A stretch of 64,000 nucleotides of DNA from Tepidisphaera sp. (GTDB taxonomy: Bacteria; Planctomycetota; Phycisphaerae; Phycisphaerales; UBA1924). Positions 59,556 through 64,000 of this stretch are shown here, one piece after another. The notes beneath the pieces were generated by a model. That model saw only the letters and a list, made by a program, of their open reading frames with translations, was not told where the DNA came from and did no database searches. The position numbers and the translations under genes were made by a program. The first letter of the stretch is position 1, and the number at the start of each line of letters is the position of its first letter. The stretch spans positions 128,001-192,000 of the forward strand of contig CP051526.1 of the NCBI GenBank assembly GCA_050916045.1, written 5' to 3'.

Positions 59556-60248
59556 ATGACGCTGATTGAACTGTGCGAGCCTCTCTTCCAGTACGTGTGC
59601 AAGCTCAATCGCCTCGGCCGTGCCGGCGGCGGCGCGGGCGCGCGGCAGGTGCGTGATGAGATCAAGGGGCTGATCGCCGACATCAAAACGCGGGCCGACC
59701 GCGAGGGACTGGGCGGAGCTTTCGACAAGATCGAGCTTCCGCTGATCTTCTTCGCGGACCACATGGTGCGCGAGAGCAGGCTTTCCGCGATGTGGGGCGC
59801 CCAGGGCGGGTGGAAGAACCTGGCCGAGGACCGGCGCGAGATGGCGGGTGACGAGCGGTTCTGGGATCTCTTGGAAGAGACGCTTTTGGAATCCGGGGAT
59901 TCGGCCAACCAGCGCCTCGCGGTCTTTCACGCGATGATCGGCCTGGGTTTCACCGGGATCTACATGAACCAGCCGGACCATCTGCGCAAGAAGATGCGCG
60001 AGATCGCGGCGCGGGTCCGCGGGCTTTCGGAAAGCGACCAGACCGGCCGGATCACGCCCGACGCTTACGAGAACGTGGACACGCGGGTGCTGACGCAGCC
60101 GCCGGCCCGCAAGATCGTGGGATTCGTGATCGGGCTGGTGGGGATGATCGCGGTGCTGGTGGTGTCGTACGTGGTGACGTTCCGGTCGGTGACGGGCCAG
60201 CTGAACGACAAGCTCGCCGAGATCAAGACGACGGACGCGAAGAAGTGA
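59556..60248 (+). CDS. tssL: Type VI secretion membrane subunit TssL (DotU)
   Basis: LIFFADHMV, W..L, AGDERFWD, LGFTGIY, C-terminal TM helix, no OmpA domain. Confidence 0.88.
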   Translation: MTLIELCEPLFQYVCKLNRLGRAGGGAGARQVRDEIKGLIADIKTRADREGLGGAFDKIELPLIFFADHMVRESRLSAMWGAQGGWKNLAEDRREMAGDERFWDLLEETLLESGDSANQRLAVFHAMIGLGFTGIYMNQPDHLRKKMREIAARVRGLSESDQTGRITPDAYENVDTRVLTQPPARKIVGFVIGLVGMIAVLVVSYVVTFRSVTGQLNDKLAEIKTTDAKK

Positions 60249-60300
60249 AGAAACCGGTGAACCAACCGGGCTCCCTCGTGGGCCCGCGGAGCCAAGCGGC

Positions 60301-63300
60301 ATGATGATGTTCAACCTCCCCCGGCTGATCGGGGACGTCGGAAACGTGGTGAAACTGCTGCAGGTGGACGGGGGCATCCTGCTCGGGCTGTTCGGCGGCC
60401 TCGCCGTCGTGGCCGTCCTGCTTCTCGCGTACAAAGCGTTCCTCGCTTTCCGCGACAAAGCCCAGAGCCTGCCGTTCCTGGACAAGCTCAAGACCGCGAT
60501 GGCCAGGACGCCCTCGGTGGTCGCCGATCCGGCCAAGCGGGCCCGCTTGGACGATCTCCGCAAGAAGTATGAAGAAGGCGTCGAGAAGTTCCGCCAGGCC
60601 GGCAAAGACCTGCACTCGCTGCCCTGGTACCTGCTCGTCGGGCCGGCCGGCTCGGGCAAGACCGAAGCCATGCGCCACTGCAAGGTCGGGTTCCCCCCGG
60701 GTTTGCAGGACTGCTTCCAGGGCGCCGGCGGCACGATGAACATGCACTGGTGGTTCACGAACTACGCCGTGGTGCTCGACACCGCGGGTCGCATGTTCAT
60801 GGAGGATGCCGCGCTGCAGGGCGGCAGCGAATGGCGCGAGTTCCTCAAGCTGCTCAAGCAGAGCCGGCCCAACGCTCCGGTCAACGGCATGCTTCTGGTC
60901 ATCGGCATTGACAGCCTGATCAAGGACACCTCCGAGCAGATCGAGTCCAAAGCCGGGCACATCGCCAAGCAGCTCGACACCATCCAGCGCACGCTCGACG
61001 TCCGGTTCCCGGTGTACGTCGTGATCACCAAGTGCGACCTCATCACGGGCTTCAAGGAGTTCTTCGACAAGATCGACGACCCGCAGCTTCAGCACCAGAT
61101 CCTCGGGTGGTCCAACCCCGCGCCGCTCGATGAGCCCTTCCGTGCCGAGACCGTGGATGAGCACGTCAAGACGATCAAGTCGCGACTGCTCAAGCGGCGT
61201 GCGACGCTGCTGATGGACCCTGTGCACACCGAGGATCCTCAGGCCCGCAGGACGGATCAGGTCGACGAGCTTTTCGCCCTCCCCGACAACATCGCGAAGA
61301 TCGCTCCGCGTCTTCGCCGGTACCTCGAGATCATCTTCCAAGCCGGCGAGTGGTCGCCCAAGCCGCTGTTCCTGCGCGGCATCTACTTCACCAGTTCCAT
61401 GCGTCAGGGCAAAGCTCTCGACGAGGATCTGGCGGCGGCGTTGGGCGTCAATGTCGACGCTATCCCCGGCGGCAAGGTGTACGACGAGGAGCGGTCGTTC
61501 TTCCTCCGCGACGTCTTTACCTCGAAGATCTTCCGCGAGAAGGGCCTTGTCACGCGGGCGACCAACGTCCAGAAGGAACAGTCCGGCCGCAAGCGGCTCG
61601 TGATGGGTGCCGGCATCGCGGTGGCGGCGGCCCTCACGGCGATGACGTTCTTCAGCAGCGGGCAGCTCCGCAGTGCGGTCCGTGATCCCCTTGATGTCTG
61701 GACGCAGGTCGCCGGAAGCGTCGAGCAGGGCAAGGTCATCGACCGCGGCGTTTCGGGCCCGGAGTACTTCGGAAACAAGGAAGCCGTCGAGGTCGAAGGC
61801 GGCAAGAAGATCACCCCGATCGAACTGCTCCAACGGGCCCGCAAGCAGGCGGACTCGCCTGTCAGCATGGGTTTCCTGAGCTTTGGAACCGTCTTTAACG
61901 ACGTCAACGAGAACCAGCAAGCAGCCTACCGGGCGGTGGTCATCCGCACCGTCGCGGCGCCGCTTCTGTCGACGGCGAGGTCTCAGCTCGCAAGCCGCGA
62001 CGTGAAGTGGTCGCCGGACGCGTCGGCGGCGCTGGCCGAACTGGTCGCGGCCGAGACGCGCGCGCTCGACGGCACGCCGGCACGCGAAGCGGACGCCAAG
62101 GACGCCGCGGGCCAAGCGATCAATCCCGGGCCGATCCTCGCGTTCCTCGCGCCCGGCGCCGCGATCTCCAAGGATGAGCTCGCTCAGCTCCGCGAGGCTT
62201 TGGCGACGCTGAACCCGGCGGACTACGCCAAGCACGGCATCGCCGGCACGCCGGAAACCCTCGATGAGCTCAAGCGGGCCGTCGCGCAGGCGGGTGAAGC
62301 GTGGAAGAACGCGGCGACCAGCAGTGGTGATCTGGGCGACCTGGCACGGCTGGACGCGGCCATCCGCCGCTTCGTCGCCGCCGGCACCGACCTTCGCAGG
62401 ATGATCCCCGAGCGGGCCCCGGCGACCGTCGAGGACTACAACGAGTTCGCCAAGCAGTTCGGCCCTGCGGTCGCTCGTCTCGAGACCACCGCCGCCGACG
62501 ACAAGCTCGCGGAGATCGCGAGCGTCTGGACCCGTCTGGGCGGACGCGGCGAAACCGAGCTCGTCGAGAGCGCGAAACGCGAGATCCAGAAGCAAGCCGA
62601 CCTCATCGAAGCCGGTCTGCCCAAGGACATCAAAGCCGAAACCGAGAAGAAGACCAAAGTGGCTCCCGCCGCCGAAACGATCAAAGCGGCGCTCGTGGCC
62701 GCGTTCGAAGCCGGCACCAAGGGCCTGCCTTCCAAGGTCGCCGAGATCCGCGGCAGCCTCAACGAGGAGAGCAAGAAAGCACTCATCGAGCGCGGCCGTC
62801 AGGCCGACACCCGCGGATTCCAGGACGTCGTCGCTCTCTACAACGATCTCCTTCCCTTCGTGACGCCCGCGGAAACCGGCGGCAACTGGACCGACGCCGC
62901 CGCCCGCGTCCGAGAGATCAATGAAGCCTCGGCGAAAGCACGCGAGTTCATCACGGCGTGGTCCGCGGCGGTCAGCCCCGCTCTCCGAGCCCAGAACGAC
63001 CCGCAGATCGCCGATCGGGTCGTCGATGTCGCACGTGGCGGGCGCGTCGGCGCCCGAATGAGCGCCTTCCTCGCCGGCGTGGACTCGGGCAAGCTCGTGC
63101 GCGAGACGGTTGCGGCGGCGGCGGGTGCGCCGGTGCCCGTCACCAAGGTCGCGATGTCGGGGCTTGATGGCGTGCGGGCGATCGACGCGAGCTATTCGCC
63201 GGCGGTCGTGGGGACCCTGTTCCGCGGCTGGCGGACGACTCTGGACGAGATGGCCGGCGCGAAGAAGGACTGGCTCGTCGGCGCGGACCTCGCGGATCGC

Positions 63301-64000
63301 GTCAAGCGCGTGTCGACCCCCATGGGTGAGTACGGCCGCGAGTACGCCGCGACGTGGAAAGCCACGCTCGCCAAGGCGCTCGTTCGCGACTTTGACTCAT
63401 GGACCGCGTTCCACGCGGCGCTCGAGACCCAGGAACAGCCCAACCCAGTGGACGTGCACGCGGCTCTCAAAGCTCTCCACGAGCAGGTTCAACGCGACCT
63501 TTCGGCGATCGGCGAAGCGTTGCAATCGGAAGAGATCCGTCGCGAAGCGGACGCGGCGGGGCGTCAGGCGGGCGTGATCGCGGCCGCTTCGGATCCCGCG
63601 ATCGCCGACCGAATCGACTCCATGCGTCGCAAGCTCCGCGGCCTTGGCGGTGGATCGCGCACCGCTCGCGAGAGCCTGCTCGCGATGCTCAGCCCCGAAT
63701 CGCCGGACGGCCAGGCGTTCAACGACTTTGTTTCGTCGGCTTCGGTCCCCGCGTACTGGCAGTCGCTGGTGGTGCGCGGATTCGAAGCCCTCGCCCGCGA
63801 GTACCAGACCAACGCGGACACCGATGTGAACCGTCTGGTTGCGCTCGCCCGTTTCCCCTTGGTGAACGACCGGGCGGCGGCTCCGCTGACCCCGGCGGAA
63901 CTGGACGAGGCCGCGCGAATCCTCGGCGAGCTTCAGATCACCGACAAGGACCGCCGGGTTCAGGTGCTGAGCGGTCGCTTGGCCGAACCGGTCGCCCGGT
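60301..64000 (+). CDS. tssM: Type VI secretion membrane subunit TssM (IcmF), partial, more than 1230 aa
   Basis: Absent from ORF track because no stop in window; manual translation gives LPWYLLVGPAGSGKT, WWFTNYAVVLDTAGR, PVNGMLLV, FPVYVVITKCDLITGF, FLRGIYFTSS. Confidence 0.92.
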   Translation, partial: MMMFNLPRLIGDVGNVVKLLQVDGGILLGLFGGLAVVAVLLLAYKAFLAFRDKAQSLPFLDKLKTAMARTPSVVADPAKRARLDDLRKKYEEGVEKFRQAGKDLHSLPWYLLVGPAGSGKTEAMRHCKVGFPPGLQDCFQGAGGTMNMHWWFTNYAVVLDTAGRMFMEDAALQGGSEWREFLKLLKQSRPNAPVNGMLLVIGIDSLIKDTSEQIESKAGHIAKQLDTIQRTLDVRFPVYVVITKCDLITGFKEFFDKIDDPQLQHQILGWSNPAPLDEPFRAETVDEHVKTIKSRLLKRRATLLMDPVHTEDPQARRTDQVDELFALPDNIAKIAPRLRRYLEIIFQAGEWSPKPLFLRGIYFTSSMRQGKALDEDLAAALGVNVDAIPGGKVYDEERSFFLRDVFTSKIFREKGLVTRATNVQKEQSGRKRLVMGAGIAVAAALTAMTFFSSGQLRSAVRDPLDVWTQVAGSVEQGKVIDRGVSGPEYFGNKEAVEVEGGKKITPIELLQRARKQADSPVSMGFLSFGTVFNDVNENQQAAYRAVVIRTVAAPLLSTARSQLASRDVKWSPDASAALAELVAAETRALDGTPAREADAKDAAGQAINPGPILAFLAPGAAISKDELAQLREALATLNPADYAKHGIAGTPETLDELKRAVAQAGEAWKNAATSSGDLGDLARLDAAIRRFVAAGTDLRRMIPERAPATVEDYNEFAKQFGPAVARLETTAADDKLAEIASVWTRLGGRGETELVESAKREIQKQADLIEAGLPKDIKAETEKKTKVAPAAETIKAALVAAFEAGTKGLPSKVAEIRGSLNEESKKALIERGRQADTRGFQDVVALYNDLLPFVTPAETGGNWTDAAARVREINEASAKAREFITAWSAAVSPALRAQNDPQIADRVVDVARGGRVGARMSAFLAGVDSGKLVRETVAAAAGAPVPVTKVAMSGLDGVRAIDASYSPAVVGTLFRGWRTTLDEMAGAKKDWLVGADLADRVKRVSTPMGEYGREYAATWKATLAKALVRDFDSWTAFHAALETQEQPNPVDVHAALKALHEQVQRDLSAIGEALQSEEIRREADAAGRQAGVIAAASDPAIADRIDSMRRKLRGLGGGSRTARESLLAMLSPESPDGQAFNDFVSSASVPAYWQSLVVRGFEALAREYQTNADTDVNRLVALARFPLVNDRAAAPLTPAELDEAARILGELQITDKDRRVQVLSGRLAEPVAR

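Noticed and set aside
57765..62595. Long antisense ORFs (997 aa and 790 aa; likewise 3817-5820, 21336-23573, 34034-36511, 44743-46851, 48386-50413)
   Set aside because: Shadow frames of high-GC genes opposite well-supported CDSs, with no recognisable motifs

Overview
High-GC bacterial chromosomal window, most consistent with a Phycisphaerae-type planctomycete (inferred from eight secreted proteins ending in a paired EF-hand 'DFNGDGFxDFFDY...GC' dockerin-like tail, PEP-CTERM proteins and a TM-TPR Ser/Thr kinase). About 50 CDSs: housekeeping genes (mrp, M32/M42/M28 peptidases, coaD, stand-alone nuoG), a secretome cluster (trypsin, collagen fibre, two M12 proteases, GSDH), a cysteine synthase-sulfurtransferase operon, a FlgM-like/Maf/neuABC/HDOD flagellar-glycosylation region and the start of a type VI secretion locus (tssK, tssL, tssM running off the right edge). 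No rRNA, tRNA, CRISPR array or transposase was recognised. Strongest hidden signal: an 11-codon, apparently leaderless polycysteine ORF (MAICCQPGCCC, 37436-37471) right behind a sigma70-type promoter and ahead of the cysteine synthase operon, a candidate cysteine-sensing attenuator. Also notable: TAnnnT-N6-ATG leaderless starts on seven other genes, a 175-bp cassette-like repeat heading dockerin genes, a fibre-protease-adaptor cluster and a Maf fusion with a degenerate radical-SAM-like module. All family calls come from motif recognition by eye; no database searches were run.
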